Notes: generated from the letters alone by a model not told the origin. 64,000 bases of DNA from Clostridia bacterium (GCA_017462385.1 JAFTRE010000032.1:104488-168487), one strand, 5' to 3'; shown: positions 53,989 to 62,684, counted from the first letter of the stretch. A program made the numbers and translations.

Positions 53989-54975
53989 TTATTCGGCGGC
54001 TTCAATGGCAGTAAAGCCCTTTGCCTCGAGTGCGGCGGTGTCAATTCCGAGAGACTCGCAGATCTCTTTGTTGTACTTCTTCGCCAGCTTTTCCTCGGGG
54101 GTGTACTCAACAGCCATGGTAGAGATATCAGCCTCGCCCTTGAGTATCTTGGCAGCCATCTCACCGGTTGCGTAACCGAGGTCGTAGTAGTCGATGGACA
54201 GCGTTGCGATACCGCAAGCGCCGCAGATGCCTTCCTCGCCTGCAACTACGGGAACCTTCTTATCGGCGATAGTGCCGTGAATAGCCTCAGCGTAGGTAGC
54301 GGCGGTGTTATCGGTGGGGATGTAGAGCGCGTCGCAGTTATCAGCGGCGTTAGCGGCTACGATCTGAACGTCATCAGCACCCGAGAAGGGGAAATCCTTG
54401 ACAGTGATGCCTTTTCCGGTGAGGTATTCGGATACCTTCTTAACCTGATATTCGGAGTTGGGCTCTGCGGAGCAGTACAGCATACCGACCGTCTTTGCAG
54501 AGGGAACGAGATCGATGATCATCTGAGCCTGCTGATCCAGGGGAGCGAGGTCGGAGGTACCGGAAATGTTGCCGCCGACGGTGCCGTTGAAGTTTTCAAG
54601 TCCAAGTGCCACGCCGTACTCGGTGATGGAGGTGCCGAGAATCGGGATGTCGGGGGTAGCGTTACGAGCGGCTACGAGTGCGGGAGTTGCGTTAGCCATA
54701 ATGAGGTCCACCTTCTTGGTAACGAAGGTGCCGACGATGGTAGCGCAGGTGTCGCCGGAGCCGGCGCCGTTCTGCTCGTCAAAAGCGACGTCCTCGCCGA
54801 GAGCGGCGGTCAGAGCATCCTTAAAGCCCTGAGTTGCAGCGTCGAGCGCGGGGTGGCGGTCATACTGACAGATGCCGACGGTGTATTTTGCGCCGTTCGA
54901 GCAGGATGTGAGTGAGAGTGCGCCGATCGCGAGGATCAGGGCGAGTACGAGTGACAAAATTTTTGTTGCTTTCAT
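53989..54975 (-). CDS. ABC transporter substrate-binding lipoprotein, PF04392 (ABC_sub_bind) family; putative aromatic amino-acid (Trp/Tyr-type) uptake system
   Basis: Lipobox LSLTSC. YTVGICQYDRHPALDAATQGFKDAL...VDLIMANATPALVAA matches the family pattern. It lies behind a T-box leader. Confidence 0.8.
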   Translation of the reverse strand: MKATKILSLVLALILAIGALSLTSCSNGAKYTVGICQYDRHPALDAATQGFKDALTAALGEDVAFDEQNGAGSGDTCATIVGTFVTKKVDLIMANATPALVAARNATPDIPILGTSITEYGVALGLENFNGTVGGNISGTSDLAPLDQQAQMIIDLVPSAKTVGMLYCSAEPNSEYQVKKVSEYLTGKGITVKDFPFSGADDVQIVAANAADNCDALYIPTDNTAATYAEAIHGTIADKKVPVVAGEEGICGACGIATLSIDYYDLGYATGEMAAKILKGEADISTMAVEYTPEEKLAKKYNKEICESLGIDTAALEAKGFTAIEAAE

Positions 54976-55039
54976 GGTCTTTCTCCTGAAGTTTAATATT
55001 TATTATAACAGGACAATTTCCTGTTAAAAACACAGTGAA

Positions 55040-55346
55040 ACAAAAAATCTCCGCATCGAACGATATTGTTCGACACAGAGACGGAAATACATCCGCGGTA
55101 CCACTCTGCTTTATTGCCGCCTTACGACAGCAACCTTTGCGGGCATTCGGTGTTCAAACGTCCACCGATATGACGGTCGGCATCCGGCGCAGCCTACTTC
55201 GCGTTCGGTGCGCAGCTCCCGAAGAGTAATTCATCGACGCGCGCCGCCTGCTCGCACCACCCGCAGACTCTCTGAAGGACTTTTCCCGCCGACTACTGGA
55301 CTTCGATCATAGCTTTTATGGTCAAAACCACTTTAGTATTATAAGT
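55040..55346 (-). promoter_or_regulatory. T-box riboswitch leader
   Basis: On the minus strand: the T-box core AGAGTGGTACCGCGG (55093-55107) and a terminator CTCTGTGTCGAAC-aatatc-GTTCGATGCGGAG plus ATTTTTTG. An 86-nt candidate Stem I (55220-55305) has an AGUA element, an AGAGAG bulge and a 3'-side GAAUUACU next to the basal CGAAG/CUUCG helix. Confidence 0.75.
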
Positions 55347-55353
55347 TAATGAC

Positions 55354-55382
55354 ATTTTAACACAAAATCGGCGTATTGTCAA
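55354..55382 (-). promoter_or_regulatory. promoter of the T-box leader and ABC operon
   Basis: Minus strand: TTGACA (55377-55382), a 17-nt spacer, then TAAAAT (55354-55359). Confidence 0.6.
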
Positions 55383-55453
55383 GTGCTTTTTTAATTTTTT
55401 ATTTGAAAGCAAAAATTATCCGCGAATAAAACGTCAACGAGCAAATTTTAAAG

Positions 55454-55515
55454 CCATTGTAGGACCGGCGCCACGCGAACGTCACCACGAATAGGCTTCT
55501 CCTTGAGGAGAAGCC
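55454..55515. repeat. family A short copy
   Basis: CCATTGTAGG..CGTCACCACGAATA-GGCTTCTCCTTGAGGAGAAGCC is homologous to modules at 20101-20150, 45150-45235 and 58905-58970. Confidence 0.7.
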
Positions 55516-55546
55516 TAAAAAGTCCGCCGACATTACATCGGCGGAC
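55515..55546 (-). terminator. terminator of rplA
   Basis: GTCCGCCGA-tgtaatg-TCGGCGGAC followed by TTTTTAG on the minus strand. Confidence 0.8.
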
Positions 55547-55563
55547 AATTTGTATTATTTCAA

Positions 55564-56259
55564 TTAACCAAGCTTAGCCTGGTTGACCTTGATACCGGGG
55601 CCCATAGTGCTTGCGACTACGCAGCTCTTGATATACTGACCCTTTGCAGCGGCGGGCTTTGCCTTTACGATAGCGCCCAGCAGGGTGTCGAAGTTCTCGC
55701 CCAGCTTTTCTGCGCCGAAGGAAGCCTTACCGATGGGGCAGTGGATAATGTTGGTCTTGTCAAGACGGTACTCGATCTTACCTGCCTTAGCCTCGGTGAC
55801 AGCGCGTGCCACGTCGGGGGTAACGGTACCTGCCTTGGGGTTAGGCATAAGGCCCTTAGGACCAAGCACACGACCCAGTCTACCGACAACACCCATCATA
55901 TCGGGGCTTGCGATAACTACGTCGAAGTCAAACCAGTTCTCTTTTGTGATCTTCTCGACCATATCCATCTCGCCTACATACTCAGCGCCTGCAGCCTTTG
56001 CAGCCTCTGCCTTTTCGCCCTTTGCGAAAACGAGCACGCGAACAGTCTTACCTGTTCCGTTGGGCAGGACGACTGCGCCTCTGACCTGCTGGTCAGCGTG
56101 ACGGGAGTCAACACCGAGTCTGACGTGGACCTCAACGGTCTCGTCGAATTTAGCCTTCGAAGTCTGGCAAACGAGGTCAAGTGCCTCTGCCGGATCGTAC
56201 AGCTTGGATTTATCGATCAGCTTTACGCTGTCGGAATATTTCTTACCCATTTTAGCCAT
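55564..56259 (-). CDS. rplA: 50S ribosomal protein L1
   Basis: 231 aa, [21 protein letters not shown]...[12 protein letters not shown]. Confidence 0.95.
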   Translation of the reverse strand: MAKMGKKYSDSVKLIDKSKLYDPAEALDLVCQTSKAKFDETVEVHVRLGVDSRHADQQVRGAVVLPNGTGKTVRVLVFAKGEKAEAAKAAGAEYVGEMDMVEKITKENWFDFDVVIASPDMMGVVGRLGRVLGPKGLMPNPKAGTVTPDVARAVTEAKAGKIEYRLDKTNIIHCPIGKASFGAEKLGENFDTLLGAIVKAKPAAAKGQYIKSCVVASTMGPGIKVNQAKLG

Positions 56260-56273
56260 GTTTCTCTACCTCC

Positions 56274-56699
56274 TTAGTCCTCTACCGTTATACCCATGCT
56301 GCGGGCGGTGCCTGCGATCATGCTCATAGCGGCTTCGATGGAAGCGGCGTTGAGGTCGGGCATCTTGGTCTCTGCGATCTTGCGGACCTGCTCCTTGGTC
56401 AGCTTAGCGACCTTGTCCTTATTGGGCTTTGCAGATGCAGTCTCGATGCCGCAAGCCTTCTTGATCAGGACGGGAGCGGGAGGAGTCTTAGTGATGAAGG
56501 AGAAGGAACGGTCAGCATAAACCGTGATGACTACGGGGATTATAAGACCGATATCGTTCTTTGTTCTTTCGTTGAATTCCTTTGTGAAGACAGGAATTGC
56601 AACACCGTACTGACCGAGCGCCGGGCCTACAGGGGGCTGGGGCGTCGCTTTTCCGGCAGGTAACTGAAGCTTGATGTAACCCAGTATTTTCTTTGCCAT
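56274..56699 (-). CDS. rplK: 50S ribosomal protein L11
   Basis: 141 aa, [24 protein letters not shown]. Confidence 0.95.
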   Translation of the reverse strand: MAKKILGYIKLQLPAGKATPQPPVGPALGQYGVAIPVFTKEFNERTKNDIGLIIPVVITVYADRSFSFITKTPPAPVLIKKACGIETASAKPNKDKVAKLTKEQVRKIAETKMPDLNAASIEAAMSMIAGTARSMGITVED

Positions 56700-56783
56700 G
56701 GTTGTTTATACCTCCAAATGTGGTTTTCTGCGGGAGAATTGTAAGAATTTTTCTCCCTCCCACTTATGCGACGGCAATATCCG

Positions 56784-57326
56784 TCATTTGTTTGCTGCCT
56801 TGACCGCGCTTGCTTCAAGCTCGACAGGCATGTCGCGGCGGCCGCGTTTGACCAGAACCGTGACGGTTTTCATATCATCCGAAATTGCCTGAACAACACC
56901 GTTGTAGCCCTCGAACAGACCTGCGCAAATGGTGACCTCGTCGCCAATGCCGAAGGAGAATTGAACCTTCTTTTCCTCGATGTTGAGCGCCTCGACCTCT
57001 GCCTCGGAGAGCGGGGTGGGACGGGAACCGGGTCCGACAAAGCCGGTAACGCCGGTAATGTTTCGGACTGCGTGCCAGCTTTCGTCGTTCATCGTCATTT
57101 TGATGAGAACGTAGCCGGGGAACACCTTGACCTCGACCTCTTTTTCAACGTCGCCGTTCTTTTCTATAACGGTCTCAGTCGGAATTCGGATGTCGTAGAT
57201 AAGATGATGAAGTCCGCGGTTTTCGATGATATTTTCAAGGCTTGCCTTGACTTTGTTTTCATAGCCGGAGTAGGTGTGCGCCACATACCATCTCGGGCCT
57301 ACATCCATTTCGTTGATGTCACTCAT
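56784..57326 (-). CDS. nusG: transcription termination/antitermination protein NusG
   Basis: 180 aa with WYVAHTYSGYENKV, a KOW region (GDEVTICAGLFEGYNGVV), and the secE-nusG-rplK order. Confidence 0.95.
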   Translation of the reverse strand: MSDINEMDVGPRWYVAHTYSGYENKVKASLENIIENRGLHHLIYDIRIPTETVIEKNGDVEKEVEVKVFPGYVLIKMTMNDESWHAVRNITGVTGFVGPGSRPTPLSEAEVEALNIEEKKVQFSFGIGDEVTICAGLFEGYNGVVQAISDDMKTVTVLVKRGRRDMPVELEASAVKAANK

Positions 57327-57330
57327 GATA

Positions 57331-57807
57331 TCAGAAAAGATTGCCCAGAGCGAAAATGCCCTTGGTGAACGCGAAGTCCAGAAGTCCGATAACGATCGCG
57401 GTGGCGAGAACTACGACTACAACAACGATAGTGTTCTTTTTGACCTGATCGGGAGACGACCAAACTATCTTCTTAAGCTCGCTCTTGTAGCTCAGCCACC
57501 ATACCTTCAGCTTTTCGCGCTTAATGATCGCAAATACAACGCCGACGATGATGAGAGCACCAAGCACGCCCATGCTGATCCAGAAGCCGAGACCGAGGCC
57601 AACATCATTGTCGGTAGTGTCATCTGCGGTGTCGTCAGCGGTATCATCTGCTGTTGTATCTGCGACGTCCTCGACGACGGCATCTGCGGCAGAAGTATCG
57701 ACTGCGGCTGCATCATCTGCAAAAACGCTGAAAGGAACTATCATGACCACCATCAGCAGTGCGATCAGCAACGCGGTAAGCGATCTGAATGCTTTGTTTT
57801 GTGTCAT
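57331..57807 (-). CDS. secE: preprotein translocase subunit SecE with a ~95-aa N-terminal extension (extra TMs and an acidic DDTA repeat)
   Basis: The C-terminal 60 aa (KSELKKIVWSSPDQVKKNTIVVVVVVLATAIVIGLLDFAF) form a canonical SecE. The N-terminus adds a signal-anchor-like helix, AADAVVEDVADTTADDTADDTADDTTDND and another TM. It lies between rpmG and nusG. Confidence 0.8.
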   Translation of the reverse strand: MTQNKAFRSLTALLIALLMVVMIVPFSVFADDAAAVDTSAADAVVEDVADTTADDTADDTADDTTDNDVGLGLGFWISMGVLGALIIVGVVFAIIKREKLKVWWLSYKSELKKIVWSSPDQVKKNTIVVVVVVLATAIVIGLLDFAFTKGIFALGNLF

Positions 57808-57833
57808 CGTTCGTTTACCTCTTACTTGGATTC

Positions 57834-57983
57834 TCTGTGAAGAGTGTGCTTACGGCAGAAGCGGCAGAACTTTTTCTGCTCAAGCCGGTCAGGGTCATTC
57901 TTCTTGTTTTTCTTGGTGTCATAATTGCGCTGCTTGCACTCGGTGCAAACCAGTGTGATCTTGACACGGGAATCATTAGCCAT
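57834..57983 (-). CDS. rpmG: 50S ribosomal protein L33
   Basis: My own translation gives [53 protein letters not shown] (49 aa) after a GGAGGTG SD. It is too short for the track; the 57815-58078 track ORF is in a different frame. Confidence 0.9.
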
Positions 57984-58111
57984 GTTTGCGGCACCTCCAA
58001 TTTTTTTATTTGAACCGCGCGGCGGTTCGTGTACCTCCCTCCGACACAGGCCGTCGGGCAGATTTGGCGCTTTTGCACGACAAAAGAGCTCTGCGCACAG
58101 AGGTAAGAATA

Positions 58112-58140
58112 ATTATAGCATGTCCCGCGGTGTTTGTCAA
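58112..58140 (-). promoter_or_regulatory. promoter of the rpmG-secE-nusG cluster
   Basis: Minus strand: TTGACA (58135-58140), a 17-nt spacer, then TATAAT (58112-58117). Confidence 0.55.
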
Positions 58141-58234
58141 TAGTTTTACAGCTTTTTATTTACATATATTTTTTCGCTCGGGAAACACTATTTTTGTCCG
58201 ACACACACTATATATAATAAATGAAGGAAAAAAT

Positions 58235-58711
58235 ATGAAAAAGTTCAAATTTCTCGCGGCTCTGCTTGCCGCGCTTATGATAATGACGCTATGCGCGCTT
58301 TGCGTTTCGGCGCATCCTCTGCTACCCGGCATGGACGGCAGGAGAAGCGGTGAGCCCGGCGAGAACACGGGTGCGGTCACCACCAACACGCCCGATTCGG
58401 GTGACAACAGTCAAATTCCCGACCTCGCCCCCGACGGCACCACCACCGCCGATACCACGACGCCCGAGGTTACCACTACCGCTGACACTACGACTGCGGA
58501 CACCACGACAGCCGACACGACCGTAGCAGACACCACGACAGCCGTCACGACCACTCCCGCGCCTGTTACCACGCCTTCGGACGCAACGGACGGTGCGGGC
58601 GGTAATGAGGACGGCGACAACTCCATTTTAGGTGTTATCATCGCCATCATCGCGGTTGCCGTTATAGTTGTTGTCATTGTCATGCTTGTGCCCAAAAAGA
58701 AAAGGCCCTGA
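58235..58711 (+). CDS. secreted Thr/Asp-rich repeat protein with a C-terminal membrane anchor
   Basis: Signal peptide MKKFKFLAALLAALMIMTLCALCVSA, the repeat TTTADTTTPEVTTTADTTTADTTTADTTVADTTTAVTTT, and a C-terminal TM helix followed by KKKRP. Confidence 0.7.
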   Translation: MKKFKFLAALLAALMIMTLCALCVSAHPLLPGMDGRRSGEPGENTGAVTTNTPDSGDNSQIPDLAPDGTTTADTTTPEVTTTADTTTADTTTADTTVADTTTAVTTTPAPVTTPSDATDGAGGNEDGDNSILGVIIAIIAVAVIVVVIVMLVPKKKRP

Positions 58712-58756
58712 CGGATAAAACGCAGCTCTATTCGCCTGCGGACGTGCAATGCACGC

Positions 58757-59008
58757 CCCTACGGCGCTGTTTCAACAAAAAGCCGACTCTGCAAAAGGCT
58801 CTCCCTCTGGGAGAGCTGTCGCCAAAGGCGACTGAGAGGGTAAGATCGATGCCGATAAACGCCCTCTCCGTCGCGGCGAGCCGCGACACCTCTCCCATAG
58901 GGAGAGGCTATTTGTAGTGGCGTTCGCTCGTACCGACCGTTTAATTTACCGTCACCGTATACCGTAGGGCGGGGGCTCTGCTCCCGCCCTACAGCGTATG
59001 GTGACGCT
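58757..59008. repeat. family A composite (reverse-orientation partial MITE-like unit plus accessory modules)
   Basis: 58757-58909 is the reverse complement of the right ~150 bp of the 2191-2393 unit. 58910-59008 is homologous to the reverse complement of about 45124-45215, including GTAGGGCGGGGGC-tctg-CTCCCGCCCTAC. Confidence 0.85.
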
Positions 59009-59024
59009 GGATCAAACAAATTTT

Positions 59025-59053
59025 CAAATTCCTATTTACAAGACTCGCTTTTC
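59025..59053 (+). promoter_or_regulatory. promoter of the structured leader/sRNA
   Basis: TTTACA (59025-59030), a 17-nt spacer, then TAAAAT (59048-59053). Confidence 0.55.
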
Positions 59054-59055
59054 AT

Positions 59056-59236
59056 GGTAAAATAATGTTGCGACGTAAATTTAATAAAAATCAGTTATAA
59101 GGGCATTTGTTTTTATTTCGGTAAAAACGCATGCTCCACTTTCGGCATACTCTTATGGCTGATTTTTAGATTTGCGTCGCAACAAATCGGAGGTGCGTTT
59201 TTCGTGCGCGGCTCCGGCTGCGCACTTTTTGTTTTT
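59056..59236 (+). ncRNA. candidate cis-regulatory leader or sRNA: a 119-nt long-stem domain followed by an intrinsic terminator
   Basis: 59056-59090 pairs with 59141-59174 (about 33 bp, with small bulges and GU pairs). The apex has GTTTTTA-tttcgg-TAAAAAC. The terminator is GTGCGCGG-ctccgg-CTGCGCAC (59204-59225) plus TTTTTGTTTTT, ending 39 nt before the downstream ATG. Confidence 0.45.
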
Positions 59237-59274
59237 GTGCGCACAAAATCATGCAAAACATAAGGAGGAAAACC

Positions 59275-59541
59275 ATGACACCAACACTTAAAAAGCTATG
59301 GAACGGAGAAATATCACCCTGTTCCGCGCCCGAACCCGGCACGGATGAGGCAAAGAAATTTCACAAGCTCATCGACCAATTACATAATGAGCTTTCGGTT
59401 TGTCTCGATGCCGAAAATCAGCAAAAGCTCGAAAAGCTGACCGAAGCTGTAGCTATGCTTTATTATCTTATTATAGAAGATACTTTTCAAACAGGCTTTT
59501 CGCTCGGCGTAAAAATCACCGCCGAGGCGTTCATAGAATAA
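59275..59541 (+). CDS. small helical protein (DUF6809-like pattern), function unknown
   Basis: 88 aa from the ATG 7 nt after AAGGAGG. LKKLWNGEISP...LEKLTEA...FQTGFSLGVKITAEAF resembles the LxxLYxGxIxP...GFxLGxxxxAE family as I recall it. The gene is AT-richer than its surroundings. Confidence 0.55.
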   Translation: MTPTLKKLWNGEISPCSAPEPGTDEAKKFHKLIDQLHNELSVCLDAENQQKLEKLTEAVAMLYYLIIEDTFQTGFSLGVKITAEAFIE

Positions 59542-59587
59542 GCACGAAAAGCACGGCTCCATTGTTGCCACGTGAAGTGCAAACACC

Positions 59588-59618
59588 AAAATGCCCGCCG
59601 AAAGGCGGGCAAATTTTA
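59588..59618. terminator. bidirectional terminator
   Basis: AAAAT-GCCCGCC-gaaa-GGCGGGC-AAATTTT, between convergent genes. Confidence 0.7.
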
Positions 59619-59670
59619 TTGTACCTCGCAGGGATGGGTTTTGACCCTCCCCTGCGGTGGATTTTTGTTT

Positions 59671-60210
59671 TTATGTCGCTCCTGAAAAGGCGATGACGTT
59701 CAATGTCAGCTTGCGGGGCGAGGTCATGGCGGCGGCGATGGGACTTCCCGTCGAGAGGTCGACCGTTATGGTACGCGCGGGGTCATCGAACGCGACGGTA
59801 ACCACGGACGGCCTGTCGGCAAGCGGTGTCACGTCCGAAACCGCCCCGTCGGGCAACAGCGCCGTGGCGATATCTATCCAACCGTCTGCATATTCGGCAT
59901 CAAGTGTCAAGTCACCCAAAGCAAGCGACAGCTTTCCGCTCTCGCGCGTCAGCACGACTCCGGACATAGACGCGGGCGCGTAAAAGGTGATGCTGACGTC
60001 GCGGGGCAGCAGGCTGTTCTCACGCGGCTCGGCGGCCGAGACGAGCGCCTCGAACTTTACGCCGTTCGCCTCTCCCGACACTGTCGCGTCAAAAGCTCGC
60101 TCGGTATATGACAGCGCCTTTTTGCTGTCCGCACGCTTGCCGCAACCGCCTGCCGCCAGCAGCAGTGCGACGATCAGGGCAAATAATACAGTATATTTTG
60201 TAAGCTTCAT
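59671..60210 (-). CDS. lipoprotein, function unknown
   Basis: 179 aa with the lipobox LLLAAGGC after a signal helix. Confidence 0.65.
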   Translation of the reverse strand: MKLTKYTVLFALIVALLLAAGGCGKRADSKKALSYTERAFDATVSGEANGVKFEALVSAAEPRENSLLPRDVSITFYAPASMSGVVLTRESGKLSLALGDLTLDAEYADGWIDIATALLPDGAVSDVTPLADRPSVVTVAFDDPARTITVDLSTGSPIAAAMTSPRKLTLNVIAFSGAT

Positions 60211-60372
60211 AAATTTATCTCCCTCGGAGGTGTATTTATAATATTTTATGACAGAAATTGCTCATCAATACCCCCGGAGCGGTTGCAATCGGACAAAATT
60301 TGTGGTATACTTAAAATGGATATTTAGATTCTGACTCATATATAAAATTTATAAGAAAGGCTCGGTCCTGCC

Positions 60373-62670
60373 ATGTCTGCTCAAAAAATCTTAAAACGCG
60401 CACTCGCTTTTATTTTAATAATGATACTTTCGCTATCCTCGGTGACCGCCGTCGCCGCTGAGACCTCGGACGAGGCCGCCGCGGTCGTGGAGAACGGCGT
60501 GGTTTCGGTGCTGCCCGACAAAAAGGGCACCAAGCTCACCGTAAGCATCGCGTTGTCGAACGATTTTATTTCCGACCACAAAAAAGAGACTGTATATCTT
60601 TTCGAGCTCCCGCTGGGAATGGATGAGCTGTCGCTTTCCCGCCTCGAGCCCGTAACCTCGTTCCGCGTCACCTCAAAATACACCTTCAAGACCGCGCTCT
60701 CGGACGGAAATCTTTCGCGTCTTTACTGCTCCTATGTGCTCGCGCTGCAAAACGGCAGTGGCTACACTCCCATCGGCTCGCGGCGTTACGTTGAGAACAT
60801 CCCCTCGCTCGCCGAGCATTCTTACGCCTACCCCGCCGCCGTCTCGCCCAAGGGCCTTGAGGTCACAAGCGTTTCGGACGCGCTGTCGCTGGGCGTCTCG
60901 CACGCCGTTCTGCCCGTCTCGGTCGAGAATATGTTCGGCACGGCAGGTGTTGACAGCCTTGACTACGATCACCTCGGCGTGACGTACCATTTCAGCCGTT
61001 CAGCCCTCTCATCTCTTGACGACCGTGTCCGCGCGCTGTCAAACGAGGGTGTTCTGGTATATCTGCGCTTCGAGCTTAACACCGCGCCCGCCTCCCTGCC
61101 CTCCTCGCTTGCGTCGCTGGGGTACACCGACGCCCCCGAGGCGGCTCATTACGCCCTGCGCGCCGACTCCGAGTCGTCCGCCGGCATGCTGGCAGCGCTG
61201 TTCAGTCTGCTTGCCGAGCGCTACACCGACCCCTCCGCTCCCTACGGCTTTTGCGCCTCCTTTATTCTGGGCGACGAGGTAAATCTGCCCGACGGCAATT
61301 ATTCGACCTCTCACGCGCTTTCCGCCGACCGTCACGTTGAAAATTACTCCCGCCTGGTCCGCATAGCCCACACCGCGCTGTGCTCCGTTTACAGCGAGGG
61401 GCGTGTATTTGTCGCGACCTCCAACAATTTCAGCATGATCCCCGCGGGCTCCTGCTCCGCTTCAAGCTCCATGACCGAATTTCTCGCCATGTTCAACTCA
61501 AAAACGCTGTCCGGCGGCGACTACGGCTGGTCGATATCAACAGCCGCCTATGCTTACAGCCGTTCCGATTCCAGCATCTGGGACGATGCGCTGGCGACGG
61601 GCGCCTCCTCACAGCTCATCTCGCCCGCCAATATCAGTGTCCTGACCTATGCCCTCTCAAAAAGTTATATTTATGACGGCGTGACCCGCCGCCTCATAAT
61701 AGGCTCGTTTGCCGTCCCCGACGACACGGGCTCTGCCTCCGTTGCCGAAAACAAAAAGGAGGCCGCGCAGGCGGCGTCCTATGCTTACGCTTATTACAAG
61801 CTGCTTGAGGACGGCACCGTCGACGCGCTCATATATTCTGATCAGCTCGACACGCCCGACTCGCCACTGACCACGGGTCTTTCCCGCGCTGATATGTCGG
61901 GAAATATACTGTCACGCAAACAAATTTGGAGCGTCATGCGCGACATCGACAGCCCCGCAACTGCGGCAATCGCCGCTATCTCCTCGACCACGGGCGGCGT
62001 GCTTGAATATCTTTATTCCACGCTGAACACCCGCGCGGCGGTAAAAAGCTTTGTCACGGGTGACTCAAAAGCGCTTCTCTCCACCGACGCGCTCAAGCTG
62101 AGCCCGATTTTTGACTTTTCCGTCGGCGAGCGGCATGGATTTGAGAGTGCGGGCTGCGGTTATCTGACCTCCCCCGCGCTGGTATCCGTAAACGGCGCGC
62201 CCGCGCTCAAGCCGGGGGGCGGCAGTGAGTGCCGCGCGGTCCGTTACAATATCGACGCCGCGACTTTGCGGTCGGTCAAAATGCTGGTGATCTCGCTCGC
62301 CTCCTGCCCGTCGGCGTGCAATATGACGCTTCGGCTGTCTCAGGGCGGCAAGCTGTTTTACGAATCGGAGGCAATACTGTCCTCAAACACCCGCGCGGTG
62401 TCATTTGACATAAGCGAATTTTGCGACGCTATGTCAAAGGGTGATGTCACACTCAGCATATCGCTGACCTCGGGAGCCGACATGGTCTCCATTCGCAGTA
62501 TCGACTCTGCCACATCCTCCACAGCCCCCTCGATTTTGTGGATAATTCTCATAATTATCGTTGTTTTGTTCGCTCTGATGCTCATAATCGCGCTGTTTAC
62601 CCGACTTTATCACCGTTTGCACCGTCGCCGTCCAACCACAACTGCCATCGCGACCCGCGACGACGACTGA
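60373..62670 (+). CDS. large secreted protein with a C-terminal TM anchor (possibly a DUF5722-like TIM-barrel hydrolase fold)
   Basis: 765 aa with the signal peptide ..SSVTAVAAE and a C-terminal TM helix ILWIILIIIVVLFALMLIIALF plus a basic tail. The central region GVSHAVLPVSVENMF...GVLVYLRFELN...FILGDEVN is reminiscent of GH-like TIM barrels; this is unverified. Confidence 0.6.
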   Translation: MSAQKILKRALAFILIMILSLSSVTAVAAETSDEAAAVVENGVVSVLPDKKGTKLTVSIALSNDFISDHKKETVYLFELPLGMDELSLSRLEPVTSFRVTSKYTFKTALSDGNLSRLYCSYVLALQNGSGYTPIGSRRYVENIPSLAEHSYAYPAAVSPKGLEVTSVSDALSLGVSHAVLPVSVENMFGTAGVDSLDYDHLGVTYHFSRSALSSLDDRVRALSNEGVLVYLRFELNTAPASLPSSLASLGYTDAPEAAHYALRADSESSAGMLAALFSLLAERYTDPSAPYGFCASFILGDEVNLPDGNYSTSHALSADRHVENYSRLVRIAHTALCSVYSEGRVFVATSNNFSMIPAGSCSASSSMTEFLAMFNSKTLSGGDYGWSISTAAYAYSRSDSSIWDDALATGASSQLISPANISVLTYALSKSYIYDGVTRRLIIGSFAVPDDTGSASVAENKKEAAQAASYAYAYYKLLEDGTVDALIYSDQLDTPDSPLTTGLSRADMSGNILSRKQIWSVMRDIDSPATAAIAAISSTTGGVLEYLYSTLNTRAAVKSFVTGDSKALLSTDALKLSPIFDFSVGERHGFESAGCGYLTSPALVSVNGAPALKPGGGSECRAVRYNIDAATLRSVKMLVISLASCPSACNMTLRLSQGGKLFYESEAILSSNTRAVSFDISEFCDAMSKGDVTLSISLTSGADMVSIRSIDSATSSTAPSILWIILIIIVVLFALMLIIALFTRLYHRLHRRRPTTTAIATRDDD

Positions 62671-62684
62671 CAGGAGGGCTCCAC

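Noticed and set aside
56732-56757. Hairpin GGGAGAA-12 nt-TTCTCCC upstream of rplK as a possible L1-binding autoregulatory mimic.
   Set aside because: The position is plausible, but I cannot show similarity to the 23S L1-stalk site from sequence alone. It is left unannotated.
57815-58078. An 87-aa minus-strand ORF in the rpmG position.
   Set aside because: It is in the wrong frame. The real gene is the 49-aa L33 ORF (57834-57983) with a GGAGGTG SD and the canonical C4 zinc-ribbon sequence.
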